64,000 nucleotides of DNA from a virus: positions 1,469 to 65,468 of the IMG/VR virus record IMGVR_UViG_2716884901_000002, one strand, 5' to 3'. Both the position numbers and the translations under genes were made by a program. Positions 38,658 to 48,623 of the stretch are shown in pieces (positions within the stretch are counted from its first letter, which is position 1; each line of letters opens with the position of its first letter). The notes beneath the pieces were generated by a model. It ran no database searches, was not told the DNA's origin, and saw only the letters and a program-made list of their open reading frames with translations.

Positions 38658-38775
38658 ATGCCCCAGTCCATGGGCTTTCCGGCGATGGCCGGGGCGGTTC
38701 ATTGGAGGGGCAAAGCTACTATGGCGCAATGATGGCGCGTTACTGGCTTTCCATCCACGCTGGATACCTGGCCAG
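38658..38775 (+). repeat. Conserved moron-leader element, copy 1
   Basis: Aligns with reverse complements of 62164-62283 and 61546-61653; ends in CTGGATACCTGGCCAG. Confidence 0.75.
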
Positions 38776-38813
38776 GTCGGCTGCTACAGTCCCGGATTTC
38801 AAGGAGGGATCAC

Positions 38814-39233
38814 ATGCGAATTCTGATCGTCGCCGCAAGCCTGGCGATGCTGGTTGGTTGCGCTACATCGCCAGTTCCTGAGGGCGAAGCTGAGAGCGCA
38901 CCGGGAAATAGGGTCACCGCTTACCAAGCTGAAGTAGCCGAAGGCGGGACGATAATTGTGACGCGGGATAGCGGGTTTCCAGGTGGTGGATGCTTTGCAA
39001 CCGTCTACCTCAACGGTAAGCCAGTGGCTCGGCTAAATCCGAAAGAAAAAGCTCATTTCAACGTGCCAGCCGGGGAGTGGATGGTCGGTGCTGCTCTTGA
39101 TGGCAAAGGCCTCTGTGGACTGAACTCAGAACGCCTAGAAGCAGAGGCGCTGATCAAGCCTGGGCAGACAAAAAAATATCGAGTGCACACATCCGCAAAT
39201 GGCGATGTGAGTGTTAAACCAACTACGTTTTAA
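38814..39233 (+). CDS. Lipoprotein moron between K and I
   Basis: Lipobox LVGC; homolog at 60496..60918. Confidence 0.8.
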   Translation: MRILIVAASLAMLVGCATSPVPEGEAESAPGNRVTAYQAEVAEGGTIIVTRDSGFPGGGCFATVYLNGKPVARLNPKEKAHFNVPAGEWMVGAALDGKGLCGLNSERLEAEALIKPGQTKKYRVHTSANGDVSVKPTTF

Positions 39234-39275
39234 ACAGCCGCCTTCGGGCGGTTTTTTAATGCCTGAGGAATCACG

Positions 39276-39860
39276 ATGGCCGCATTAGCTGCGTACTACG
39301 AGCCGATGACAGTTATTAAGCTCTCTGGATCTCTCGCTCAGAAATTCGGGCGAGTGCATCGCAGAATGTTAGAGAAGGGAACGACCTTTGAAGCATTCAG
39401 CGCCCTTAAGGCAACGCTTGATGGGTTCGAGGATGAGGTAAAGCGGCTCAATGGGCTGGGAATGCGGTTTGCCATTTTCCGAAATCGAAAGAACGCTGGC
39501 ATGGATGATATGGGGCGCTGCGGTACTCGGGAGGTGCGCATAGTTCCCGTGGTGGAAGGGAGCAAGCGCGGCGGAGTACTCCAGACGATAGTAGGGGCCG
39601 TTTTGATTGCGGCCAGCTTTTTCGGTGCACCAACCTTGCAGATAGGTATTGCCCTTGTAGCCGGTGGCGTCATCCAGATGCTCAGCCCCCAGGCCAAGGG
39701 CCTATCCCAGAGCGCTGCGCCAGAAAACCTGCCTTCCTACGCCTTCGGATCAGCCAAGAACACCATTGCCAGCGGCAACCCTGTCCCTATTTGCATCGGC
39801 AAGCGCCGCTGGGGCGGGGCGATCATTTCGGCTTCCATCTACGCCGAAGACCAAACCTGA
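39276..39860 (+). CDS. Tail assembly protein I
   Basis: IKLSGSLAQKFGR...RIVPVVEGSK...GNPVPICIG. Confidence 0.9.
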   Translation: MAALAAYYEPMTVIKLSGSLAQKFGRVHRRMLEKGTTFEAFSALKATLDGFEDEVKRLNGLGMRFAIFRNRKNAGMDDMGRCGTREVRIVPVVEGSKRGGVLQTIVGAVLIAASFFGAPTLQIGIALVAGGVIQMLSPQAKGLSQSAAPENLPSYAFGSAKNTIASGNPVPICIGKRRWGGAIISASIYAEDQT

Positions 39861-39915
39861 TTTAACGCAGCGACCAAGCCGCCTCCGGGCGGCTTTTTAA
39901 TGCCTGGAGGAAAGC

Positions 39916-42900
39916 ATGGGCGCAGCAGCTCACCTGAACATCGCCGGCGCCAAAGGCGGAGAAAGCAAGCCGAAGACCCCTGTCGAGGCGCCGGACAGCC
40001 TTCAGTCGACGAACATCGCCAAGATCCTACTCGCCGTAGGCGAGGGGGAGTTCGACGGGACCCCGACCGCCCGTGATATCTACCTCGATAACACCCCGAT
40101 TGTGGATGCCAGCGGCAACGTCAACTTTCCGGGCGTGAAGTGGGAGTGGCGCCCCGGAAGCATTGATCAGAGCTACATCCAGGGCATCCCGGCCGTAGAG
40201 AACGAAACCACGGTTGGCGTTGAGCTGCGCAGCGACAGCCCATGGGCGCGAGCCTTGAGCAATATTCAACTGTCCGCCGTGCGCCTGCGCTTCAGTTGGC
40301 CGCGCCTGGCCAAACAGGATAGCGAGGGCAACACGAACGGCTACCGGATCGAATATGCGATCGACATCGCCACCGATGGCGGCGCTTACGTTGAGTCGCA
40401 TCGAGGCGCGGTGAGTGGGAAAACCACCAGTGGCTACCAGCGTTCCGTGCGAGTGGACCTGCCTGAGGCAACCACCGGCTGGATGATGCGCGTCCGTCGC
40501 ATCACTCCGAACGCGAACAGCGGAACCATCGCCGACACGATGAATATCGCTGGCTACACGGAGATCATCGACGAGAAGCTGCGCTATCCGAATACTGCTC
40601 TGCTCTACATCGAGTTTGACGCTCAGCAGTTCCAGAACATTCCGACGGTGACCGTCGACTGTCGGGCTAAGCGCTGGCCAGTGCCTTCGAACTACGATCC
40701 AGATACCCGCACCTATACCGGTGTGTGGGACGGCACTTTCAAGCAGGCCTGGACCAACAACCCGGCATTCGTGACCTATGGCCTGTGCGTTGAAGACCGT
40801 TTCGGCCTGGGTAAGCGCATCAAGTCGTGGATGGTCGACAAGTGGGAGATGTACAGGATCGCCCAATACTGCGACCAGTTGGTGTCGGATGGGCGCGGCG
40901 GCCTGGAGCCGCGATTCCTGTGTGACATGAACCTGCAGGGCCGTGCCGAGGCTTGGACACTGCTGCGCGACCTGTCGGCGATCTATCGCGGCATGGTGTA
41001 TTGGGCTCACGGCTCGCTGTTCATGCAGGCGGACATGCCGCGTGCGCAGGACATCGACTATGTCTTCACTCGCTCAAATGTCATCGACGGTAATTTTGAC
41101 TATGGTGGCGCCGAGCGCAACACCCACTACAGCCGCGCCCTGGTCAGCTACGACAACCCGGCCAACAACTACGACACCGACGTTATCCCTGTCACCGACT
41201 TGGCGCTGCAGCGCCGGTACCGCGACCGACCCATCGAGATCTCGGCCATCGGTTGCACCCGTGCATCCGAAGCCCAGCGTCGCGGCAAGTGGGCACTGCT
41301 GAGCAACAGCCAGGACCGCACCGTCACCTTCAAGACGGGCATGGAGGGTCGTATCCCGCTTCCTGGCTACGTCATCCCGGTGGCAGATGAGCTGGTAGCG
41401 GGGCGGCCGAATGGCGGCCGGATCTCGGCAGCAGCGGGACGGGTCGTGACTCTGGACCGTGACACGCCGATCAAGGCTGGCGACCGGTTGATCCTGAACC
41501 TGCCGAACGGGACCGCCCAGGCCCGGACGGTCCAGTCGGTCAGTGGCCGTGCCGTCACGGTGACCGTGGCCTACAGCGTTCAGCCTGAGCCGGAGCTGCA
41601 ATGGGCCATCGACTACGACGACCTGGCGGTGCAACTCTTCCGCGTGCTGAAGACAGCGCGCACCCAGGAAGGGGAATACGAAATCACGGCGTTGGAGTTC
41701 AACCCCAGCAAGTTTGCTGCGATCGATACCGGTGCCAAGCTGGAAGAGCGACCGATCAGCGTCATTCCGGTGACCACTGTGCAACCGCCGGCCAGCGTCA
41801 CGCTGACCTCGGCTTACGCAGTGGATCAGGGCATTGCCGTCAGCACCATGACCATCAGCTGGCCCGCAGTGCAGGGCGCCGTGGCCTATGACGTCGAATG
41901 GCGCAAGGATGACGGCAACTGGGTCCGCCTGCAGCGCACCGGCACCACCTCGGTTGATGTGGTTGGCATTTACGCTGGCGCCTACTTGGCCAGGGTTCGA
42001 GCCGTCAGCTCGTTCGACATCGCGTCGATTTGGCGAGACTCCAGCTTGACCGAACTGAAGGGCAAGGAAGGCCTACCGCCCTCGGTAACCTTCCTCACAG
42101 CCACCTCTCTGCTTTTCAGCATCTCGCTCAAATGGGGCATTCCACCAGGTGCCGAGGACACCCAGCGCACGGAAATCTGGTACAGCCAGTCGAACGACCT
42201 GGGGGCAGCGATCAAGCTGGCGGATCTGGCTTACCCGCAAACTGAGTACGTCATGCAGGGCTTGGCTGCTGGTGTGTCGCTGTTCTTCTGGGCTCGCCTG
42301 GTGGATAGAACCGGAAACATCGGCCCTTGGTACCCGGTGGGTAGTGGCGTGCTTGGTCAGTCTGGGTCGGATGCAGGCCCCATCCTCGACCTGATCAGCG
42401 GCGAAATTGACGAGTCCATGCTTGGCCAAGAGCTCAAGGACAAGATCGAAGGTCTTCAAGATCAGATTGATGCCCTTGACGGGTTGAAGGCTTACGACAA
42501 GGGCTTGGCCTATACGAAGGACCAGATGGTGGTCGAGGATGGCCGCATCTATCAGGCCAAGATTGCTGTCCCTGCCAACGCTTCTGGAGCAAACGCACCG
42601 CCAAACGTGACCTATTGGATAGACGTCGGTCAGTCGGTTACCACGGCCAATGGCCTCGCTCAGCAGGTCAGCACCAACACGACCAAAATCGCCGAGGTCG
42701 ATGGCAAAGTCACTGTGGCGGCCGAAAGCCAGCAGGTGCTCAGGGCGTCTTATCGCGACGACAGTGTCGAAGGCGACCTTGCCGCGGCGATCAACCAGTG
42801 GAACTCGACCGCTGCCTTTGCTGCTGAGGTGAAAGCAACGGCTACGCGGGAAGAGGCAATTGTCCGGAAGACCGAGACACTCGAAGCGTCGATAGGCCAG

Positions 42901-43383
42901 ACGAATGCTGCTGTGCAGACCGTCAGCCAGGCCCAAGCCACGGCGGATGGCAAGGCCAGCACGATGTGGGCGGTCAAGATGCAGCTCAACGCTCAGGGCC
43001 AGTATGTGGCGGCAGGCATTGGTCTTGGCATCGAGAACGGGCCGGCCGGGTTGCAGAGTCAGTTCCTGGTGTCGGCTGACCGTTTCGCTGTGGTCAACGG
43101 TATCAACGGCACGCTCTCGTCGCCGTTCGCCGTGCAGGGTGGACAGGTGTTCATGAACGAGGCATTCATCGCCGACGGCACGATCACCAACGCCAAGATC
43201 GGCAGCTACATCAGCTCAACCAACTATGTGGCGGGCCAGCAGGGCTGGATCCTTAACAAGTCCGGCACCTTTGAAATCAACGGGACAGTCGCAGGGCAGG
43301 GGCGCTTGCTCCTGAATAACCAGCGCCTGCGGATATTCCATGCCAACGGCAACCTGGCGATTGACCTCGGAGTGAACGTATGA
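39916..43383 (+). CDS. Tail tip/host specificity protein J
   Basis: GAKGG N-terminus, WTNNPA, FN3-like region, C-terminal DUF1983-like ADRFAVV...FMNEAFI. Confidence 0.92.
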   Translation: MGAAAHLNIAGAKGGESKPKTPVEAPDSLQSTNIAKILLAVGEGEFDGTPTARDIYLDNTPIVDASGNVNFPGVKWEWRPGSIDQSYIQGIPAVENETTVGVELRSDSPWARALSNIQLSAVRLRFSWPRLAKQDSEGNTNGYRIEYAIDIATDGGAYVESHRGAVSGKTTSGYQRSVRVDLPEATTGWMMRVRRITPNANSGTIADTMNIAGYTEIIDEKLRYPNTALLYIEFDAQQFQNIPTVTVDCRAKRWPVPSNYDPDTRTYTGVWDGTFKQAWTNNPAFVTYGLCVEDRFGLGKRIKSWMVDKWEMYRIAQYCDQLVSDGRGGLEPRFLCDMNLQGRAEAWTLLRDLSAIYRGMVYWAHGSLFMQADMPRAQDIDYVFTRSNVIDGNFDYGGAERNTHYSRALVSYDNPANNYDTDVIPVTDLALQRRYRDRPIEISAIGCTRASEAQRRGKWALLSNSQDRTVTFKTGMEGRIPLPGYVIPVADELVAGRPNGGRISAAAGRVVTLDRDTPIKAGDRLILNLPNGTAQARTVQSVSGRAVTVTVAYSVQPEPELQWAIDYDDLAVQLFRVLKTARTQEGEYEITALEFNPSKFAAIDTGAKLEERPISVIPVTTVQPPASVTLTSAYAVDQGIAVSTMTISWPAVQGAVAYDVEWRKDDGNWVRLQRTGTTSVDVVGIYAGAYLARVRAVSSFDIASIWRDSSLTELKGKEGLPPSVTFLTATSLLFSISLKWGIPPGAEDTQRTEIWYSQSNDLGAAIKLADLAYPQTEYVMQGLAAGVSLFFWARLVDRTGNIGPWYPVGSGVLGQSGSDAGPILDLISGEIDESMLGQELKDKIEGLQDQIDALDGLKAYDKGLAYTKDQMVVEDGRIYQAKIAVPANASGANAPPNVTYWIDVGQSVTTANGLAQQVSTNTTKIAEVDGKVTVAAESQQVLRASYRDDSVEGDLAAAINQWNSTAAFAAEVKATATREEAIVRKTETLEASIGQTNAAVQTVSQAQATADGKASTMWAVKMQLNAQGQYVAAGIGLGIENGPAGLQSQFLVSADRFAVVNGINGTLSSPFAVQGGQVFMNEAFIADGTITNAKIGSYISSTNYVAGQQGWILNKSGTFEINGTVAGQGRLLLNNQRLRIFHANGNLAIDLGVNV

Positions 43384-43694
43384 GCACTGGCCTGAAGGTC
43401 TATGACCCTAACGGCTTGGTGCTCCTCGACATGACGAGCTCGATCAGCCAGATGATGGGGTATGTGGACACGGGAGCGGCCAATGGGTCGCTCTCGATCC
43501 CTTTGCCTCCAGCCGGCAAGGAGCTGTTCTACGCCATCACCGAGCTGTCGGCGCAGAACAAGTATCTGGGAAAGCGCCCAGGGGTGACCCTGACCGTCGG
43601 GGCCTCCAGCGCGACCTTAGCCTGGCAGTACTCCTACGCCGGCGGCTGGGGGTTCTATTCGCTGAACTGCCGCATTCATTACGGATATCACTAA
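43380..43694 (+). CDS. Tail tip accessory protein
   Basis: MSTGLKVYDPNG; coupled to J. Confidence 0.65.
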   Translation: MSTGLKVYDPNGLVLLDMTSSISQMMGYVDTGAANGSLSIPLPPAGKELFYAITELSAQNKYLGKRPGVTLTVGASSATLAWQYSYAGGWGFYSLNCRIHYGYH

Positions 43695-44570
43695 ATGTCA
43701 GCAGGTTTGAAGGTCTTCAAGGAGGACGGCAGCCTTCTGTTCGACACGGAGAAAATCACCTATGGCCTGCTGAAAAGTGGGTACATGACACTGTTGGTCA
43801 ATTGGCCACGCCTGGACTACAGGTCGGCGAACCTGCCGCCCAACCAGGGTAGCAGCTATGCCGAGTCGTCCATTACCGATGCCATCCATGGGTTCAGCGT
43901 TACAGGCGCAGTGGCGCCGATTGTCTTTATCGTCGGCTCGGGTATCTCCTGCGGGTCTTCTCGCTCGGGCGACACCACGACCTTCTACTACATCGGCGCG
44001 AGTCCTTCGACGAAGTATTACTACTTCGACACGATGCGGGACACGCTGAGTGGTGCTGGCCTGAAGTGCTACGACGAAGCGGGCACGCTGACCTTCAACT
44101 CGTTGCAGTACCCGCTCAACATCGTGGCCACGGTCTCAGCCCCAGCCCCACCCACGCCAACGGTCGTCAATGGGACGGCCAATTACGGCGTTCCGTTCGC
44201 TGGCGCGACTAAGCTCGCAACGCGTTTCATCAACTCTGGTCCTTATTACTGCGTGGCTCGCGTGTTTATCTCGGTTGGCTCGGGAGAGTTCGCAGCAGCT
44301 ACGACATTCTCCAGATCGTTCGGCCAGGGGCGCATGGATGGAATGTCGGCGCCCGGCAGCCCGTTTCCCGCATACAGCAACCAGCAAGCCCATATGGACG
44401 GGGCATATGGGGCTTCTGGCGGCATCTACTTCATGTCGTGCGATGCCGCCAGGACCACGATGTATTGGGGAGCGCCAGTCACTTACAACAACTACTACGG
44501 CATCCCGACGGATAAGTACCCAGAAGCCCTAATTATCAAAACGGACAACTTGCCGTTCCCTTTCAATTAA
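43695..44570 (+). CDS. Tail tip accessory protein
   Basis: MSAGLKVFKEDG...GLKCYDEAG..TFNS repeats. Confidence 0.65.
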   Translation: MSAGLKVFKEDGSLLFDTEKITYGLLKSGYMTLLVNWPRLDYRSANLPPNQGSSYAESSITDAIHGFSVTGAVAPIVFIVGSGISCGSSRSGDTTTFYYIGASPSTKYYYFDTMRDTLSGAGLKCYDEAGTLTFNSLQYPLNIVATVSAPAPPTPTVVNGTANYGVPFAGATKLATRFINSGPYYCVARVFISVGSGEFAAATTFSRSFGQGRMDGMSAPGSPFPAYSNQQAHMDGAYGASGGIYFMSCDAARTTMYWGAPVTYNNYYGIPTDKYPEALIIKTDNLPFPFN

Positions 44571-44585
44571 TCGTTGGAGCAATCC

Positions 44586-45398
44586 ATGCCCTGGTACAGA
44601 ACTGGCACCGTGGCGATCGCGGCTGGCCAAAATACGGTGACCGGTACCGGCACCAGCTTTTCTGCAAACGCCCGTGTGGGTGATGCTTTCTTAGGCCCTG
44701 ATGGGAATTGGTACGAAGTAACGAACATTGCCAGCGCCACGGTGCTGAGCATTCTGCCAGCCTATAAAGGTTCGACGGTGAGTGGTGGTGCGTACGCTGT
44801 GGTACCGGTGCAGGGGTACGACAAAAGTCTCCGGGACGCCATTAACGCGATTGTCCAGCAATGGGGGGCAACGTTGGCGGGCTTGGGTGCCGTCTCGACC
44901 GAGAACGTGTTGCCGGTATCCAAGGGTGGTACAGGCGGAACGACCCAGGCAGATGCCCGCACAGGTCTGGGTCTGAAAAAGGCTGCCGTGGCTGACATTG
45001 TGGGCACGGTAAGCCAGAGCGGGGGCACGCCTACGGGCGCGATCTATGAGCGTGGTAGCAATGCGAATGGCGAGTACACCGCATATGCGGACGGCACACT
45101 GGAATGCTTCGCGAGAGTCGAGTGCACTTACTCCCTGGCTAATTTGCTTGTAGGGCCTTGGACGTACCCGAAAGCTTTCTCCTCGGCGACGTATGTGCCG
45201 GTGGTCGAGGTAACTGTAATGCAGCCAGCCGCTGCTGATATCACGCCAGTCACATCGGCTGAACTGTCGGCGCAGGTTGCAGTTGTCGGATATGCCTCGG
45301 CTTCTCCACGGGTTTGGAAATCTCCAGGCACGTCTAACAACTTCACATCCGCATCGAAAGTGACCGTGGGAGTCACCGCTAAAGGAAGGTGGTTCTGA
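44586..45398 (+). CDS. Side tail fiber
   Basis: MPWYRTGTVA; SKGGTGG; GSNANGEY...GRWF C-terminus. Confidence 0.85.
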   Translation: MPWYRTGTVAIAAGQNTVTGTGTSFSANARVGDAFLGPDGNWYEVTNIASATVLSILPAYKGSTVSGGAYAVVPVQGYDKSLRDAINAIVQQWGATLAGLGAVSTENVLPVSKGGTGGTTQADARTGLGLKKAAVADIVGTVSQSGGTPTGAIYERGSNANGEYTAYADGTLECFARVECTYSLANLLVGPWTYPKAFSSATYVPVVEVTVMQPAAADITPVTSAELSAQVAVVGYASASPRVWKSPGTSNNFTSASKVTVGVTAKGRWF

Positions 45399-45991
45399 TG
45401 ATCATCAAACTTTCTCCAGTCCGGTCTGACCTGCAACTTGCGGTTTTCAAAGCCGGGGAAAGACTGGAAATCAACGGTATGGTGCTGGATTTCTCACGTT
45501 TGGCTGATGGCGCTACCCTGCCTGCCGAAGCCGTGGGGTGTGAATTTGTGGCCGGCCCGGTCGAGCGCATAAATGGCGATTTGGTGCTGACACTCATGTT
45601 GCCGCACTCCGCCGATGCGCCCCAGGCCGCGCGCTTTCCGGTTGACCTCTACCCAGCCGACGGCCAAGTGCAGCTTCCGGGCCTGGAGCTGGGCGAGCGT
45701 CTCGCTTCGACTGATGGCGTAATCGATTGGTCGCAAGCGATCACAGCCGAGGCCAAGGCCCAGGCTGCCGCCGATCAACTGCTCGCCACGGTAACTGCCG
45801 ATCTCGCCCAGCGCCGCGCCGTCGCTGACGCCGTCATCGCTCCTCTGCAAGACGCTGTCGAGCTTGAGGAGGCAACTGAGGCGGAGGTCGCGTTACTGAG
45901 GGAGTGGAAGCGGTACCGCCTGACCTTGATTAGGCTGCCCGAGCAGGAAGGCTACCCCACCAGCATCGACTGGCCCGCTCCGCCGGCCTGA
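45398..45991 (+). CDS. Tail fiber assembly chaperone
   Basis: IKLSPVRSD...; W..YR..L.RL.EQ.GYP..IDWP..P. Confidence 0.85.
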   Translation: MIIKLSPVRSDLQLAVFKAGERLEINGMVLDFSRLADGATLPAEAVGCEFVAGPVERINGDLVLTLMLPHSADAPQAARFPVDLYPADGQVQLPGLELGERLASTDGVIDWSQAITAEAKAQAAADQLLATVTADLAQRRAVADAVIAPLQDAVELEEATEAEVALLREWKRYRLTLIRLPEQEGYPTSIDWPAPPA

Positions 45992-46049
45992 TTCACCTAG
46001 ACCCCACCGACCGCCATCTGGCGGTATTTTTTTTGCCTGGAGAGAACCC

Positions 46050-46496
46050 ATGACCATTCCCCGCGGCGTCCGGAACAACAACCCCGGCAATATCGACTTC
46101 AACCCGCGTAACGCCTGGCAGGGCCAGCTGGGCTTGGAGGTCGGAGTGCCCAAGCCTCGCTTTGCCCGCTTCGACACGCCAGAGAACGGCATCCGCGCCC
46201 TGGGCAAGCTGCTCATCAACTACCGGGGCAAGGACGGCATGTCTGGAGTGGGCGGGAAGGGCATCGATACCGTGCTGGAAACGATCCACCGCTGGGCGCC
46301 TGCCAACGAGAACGACACCAAGGCCTATGCCGCGGCTGTGGCCAAACGTCTTGGTGTAGGCATCGCCGACCCGATCAACATCAAGAACCTGGCCACGCTG
46401 CGCGGGATGGTCATCAGCATCATCATTCATGAGAACGGCGGCAACCCGTACGACGCTGCTGTGATCGATGAAGGCGTGCTGAGGGCGTTGGTGTGA
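46050..46496 (+). CDS. Endolysin-like protein (RGxRNNNPGNI family)
   Basis: PRGVRNNNPGNI...RWAP.NENDT..Y...HENG; directly upstream of spanins. Confidence 0.7.
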   Translation: MTIPRGVRNNNPGNIDFNPRNAWQGQLGLEVGVPKPRFARFDTPENGIRALGKLLINYRGKDGMSGVGGKGIDTVLETIHRWAPANENDTKAYAAAVAKRLGVGIADPINIKNLATLRGMVISIIIHENGGNPYDAAVIDEGVLRALV

Positions 46497-47017
46497 AGAT
46501 CCTTGTGATCAGACTGGGACTGCTTGCGCTGGTGCTGGCGTCCTACTGGGGCGCCTATCAGCACGGGCGATCGGTAGAGCGGGCCGAATCCGGCTTGGTA
46601 TCAGCACAACGAGATAGCGGCGACCGGCTGGCCGAGGTGCTAGGCGAACGCGGCGCCCGCGCGGAAGAACAGCGACGCGCCACGGCGCAAGAGGAGGCAA
46701 GAGCCCATGCAAGAGAAGAACACCAGGTGGCTGATGTTGGCGCTGCTGCTGCCGATGCTGCTGGCCAGCGGATGCGCGGCGACGCAGCCAATCTCGCTGC
46801 CATCGTCAGTTGCCCCGGCACGGATACCGCCGCTGTCGCCCGAGGCCAGGCAGCCACCCGCGCCGCCATGGTGCTCTCCGACCTGCTCGCACGGGCTGAT
46901 GAACGAGCGGGAGAACTGGCGAAAGCTTATGACCGTGCCCGAATAGCTGGCGAGCAGTGCGAGCGAGAGTACGACGCCCTAGTCGCAAAGCGGGCGGCGG
47001 TGAGCGCCCGGGAATAA
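46493..47017 (+). CDS. Rz-like i-spanin (DUF2514)
   Basis: N-terminal TM, coiled-coil, embedded lipoprotein gene. Confidence 0.8.
   Translation: MKILVIRLGLLALVLASYWGAYQHGRSVERAESGLVSAQRDSGDRLAEVLGERGARAEEQRRATAQEEARAHAREEHQVADVGAAAADAAGQRMRGDAANLAAIVSCPGTDTAAVARGQAATRAAMVLSDLLARADERAGELAKAYDRARIAGEQCEREYDALVAKRAAVSARE
46707..46946 (+). CDS. Rz1-like o-spanin lipoprotein
   Basis: Lipobox LASGC, Pro-rich, nested in Rz in an alternate frame. Confidence 0.8.
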   Translation: MQEKNTRWLMLALLLPMLLASGCAATQPISLPSSVAPARIPPLSPEARQPPAPPWCSPTCSHGLMNERENWRKLMTVPE

Positions 47018-47152
47018 ATTCGAAGGCTTCATGCAAAGAGAGCGGCCACCGGGGATGCGTCAACATCCCTGCTGACCGCCGAACCCGCAGACCATACCTG
47101 CAAGCCCAGCCAAGGCTCCCGCTCTGTGCACAAAGCACGGCGAGCCTAGCAC

Positions 47153-47168
47153 CTGTTTATCCATACAG
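47153..47168 (+). promoter_or_regulatory. LexA (SOS) box upstream of Dam-like pseudogene
   Basis: CTGTTTATCCATACAG matches CTGT-N8-ACAG. Confidence 0.7.
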
Positions 47169-47182
47169 TAAAGGTTTGCAAA

Positions 47183-47350
47183 TTGACTAACCCAATCATT
47201 CCTTGGATGGGCGGTAAGCGCGGCCTGGCCGATCGCTTGATTCCGCTTTTTCCCGCTCATGAGTGCTATGTTTAGGTCTTCGCTGTGGCGCTGCTCTTTA
47301 CTTCATGCGTCCCCAGCCCGCACCAGTTGAGGTGCTGAACGATCTCAACG
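47183..47350 (+). pseudogene. Dam-like (D12 class) adenine methyltransferase N-terminal remnant
   Basis: TNPIIPWMGGKR.LADRLIPLFPAHECYV*VF..GAALYFMRPQPAPVEVLNDLN, with in-frame stop, frameshift and truncation. Confidence 0.8.
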
Positions 47351-47571
47351 ACGCACCAATCAGCAAGGCGTGGCTGAAGCCTGCGTCAGAACGACAGGAA
47401 TAGTGCCGGCGGGCTTAAACACCGGCTTAAAAACAGCTACTAGCGCGAAAAGATGAATTTTCAGCGCCTCCTCTGAGGTTTTAAAGTCGATATTTAATTT
47501 AGGGCTCTGCTATACTTCACTGTTGTTTTTTTGCATAATCTGAAGTGTTTGGCTCTGAGGCGGAAGGGTAG

Positions 47572-48198
47572 CTATTTTTTTTCATGCGCTCGCTTAAATA
47601 GCTCTTTTATTGCTCCAGTGCTAAGTGCTAGCGAGATTGAAGCCAAGATGGTGATTATTAAGTTTGATGTGAATTTTCCCGAGTAGGGAAGGACTGTAGT
47701 TACTATTTCTGATGAGTATGTGCTCGAAGTTTCTGAGGCGGTTTGCAAGACGCCTAAGACTTCTGCTGTTGACGCATCTGAGATGTTTAACAGCTCGATG
47801 TATTTGATAAATTTTTGTTCTTGGTCCTGATATAGCCTGCCTTGATCTTCTGCTATTTTTTTTATCGTGTTCTGGACATTTTCAATCGATTTTTCCCGAT
47901 CTGTAGAGATTGACGCGACCTCCACAATGTTCGTATTTTTTACTGGACTTACAGTGGAGGTTCCTGAGTACTTGTAAGATGTTTGCTCTGGACTCTCCAG
48001 CGGTGTGAGAGTGTTTGTGTATAAGCTTAAGCTTTTGCCAATTGTTACGATGGAAGTACTCTGATATAGCGTTGGTCTGGTTATCGTGTATGCCAGCCCA
48101 GCTATTGTGATTAAGATAAAAGTTGCCACGATTACTCTGGCTTGCGATGAGATAAATTTATAGATATCTACAATTGAAATTTCGTCGCTTCCTTGCAT
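47572..48198 (-). CDS. Short Wzz-like (polysaccharide co-polymerase N-terminal domain) membrane protein
   Basis: DEISIVDIYKFI...TM1...RPTLYQSTSIV, short periplasmic part, C-terminal TM2; AT-rich. Confidence 0.7.
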   Translation of the reverse strand: MQGSDEISIVDIYKFISSQARVIVATFILITIAGLAYTITRPTLYQSTSIVTIGKSLSLYTNTLTPLESPEQTSYKYSGTSTVSPVKNTNIVEVASISTDREKSIENVQNTIKKIAEDQGRLYQDQEQKFIKYIELLNISDASTAEVLGVLQTASETSSTYSSEIVTTVLPYSGKFTSNLIITILASISLALSTGAIKELFKRAHEKK

Positions 48199-48201
48199 CT
48201 T

Positions 48202-48318
48202 TTACTGCTCCATAATAATGTAGTAAAGGAAGCCTAGGCTTGCCGCTAGAGCTAAAAATAGAAATAGAATAAAAAGTTTAGCCCCTAAAGTGTACTTCAA
48301 TTTATTGCGCAACTTCAC
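48202..48318 (-). CDS. 38-aa single-TM peptide (MKLRNKLKYTLGAKLFILFLFLALAASLGFLYYIIMEQ)
   Basis: Hand-translated GTG to TAA; stop 3 nt before the Wzz-like ATG; AGGA upstream; absent from ORF track. Confidence 0.55.
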   Translation of the reverse strand: MKLRNKLKYTLGAKLFILFLFLALAASLGFLYYIIMEQ

Positions 48319-48623
48319 TCTTCCTGCTGGTTGGAATAACTGTTGTTAATCATACATTTCGGTGGCAAATGTGTCAATATGCCATTATGCTTGGTGTGGT
48401 GAGGATAGAGGCGCCGAGACAGGGAAGTCGAGGGGTTTTACGATGTTGCTGTTGATTGATTTTTATTTATTTTGCTCTCTAGTTTTCCCTCGGTTTTATT
48501 CCATCGCTTTGCGCGCGATTAAGGAAGCTCCGAACAGCTGCTCTGGGCGCGCATGAGCAGCGCTTTTACGCCGCCGGCCTATTTTTCAGACGCCAATTAG
48601 ATTAAAGCCAAGGCTTTAGGAAT

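Noticed and set aside
44586-45398. Diversity-generating retroelement acting on the tail fiber (two similar fiber ends in window)
   Set aside because: No reverse transcriptase; differences between the copies are not adenine-specific; the second copy belongs to another prophage
47412-47431. GGCTTAAA direct repeats as a possible att or recombination site
   Set aside because: Only two 8-bp copies, with no matching core elsewhere in the window
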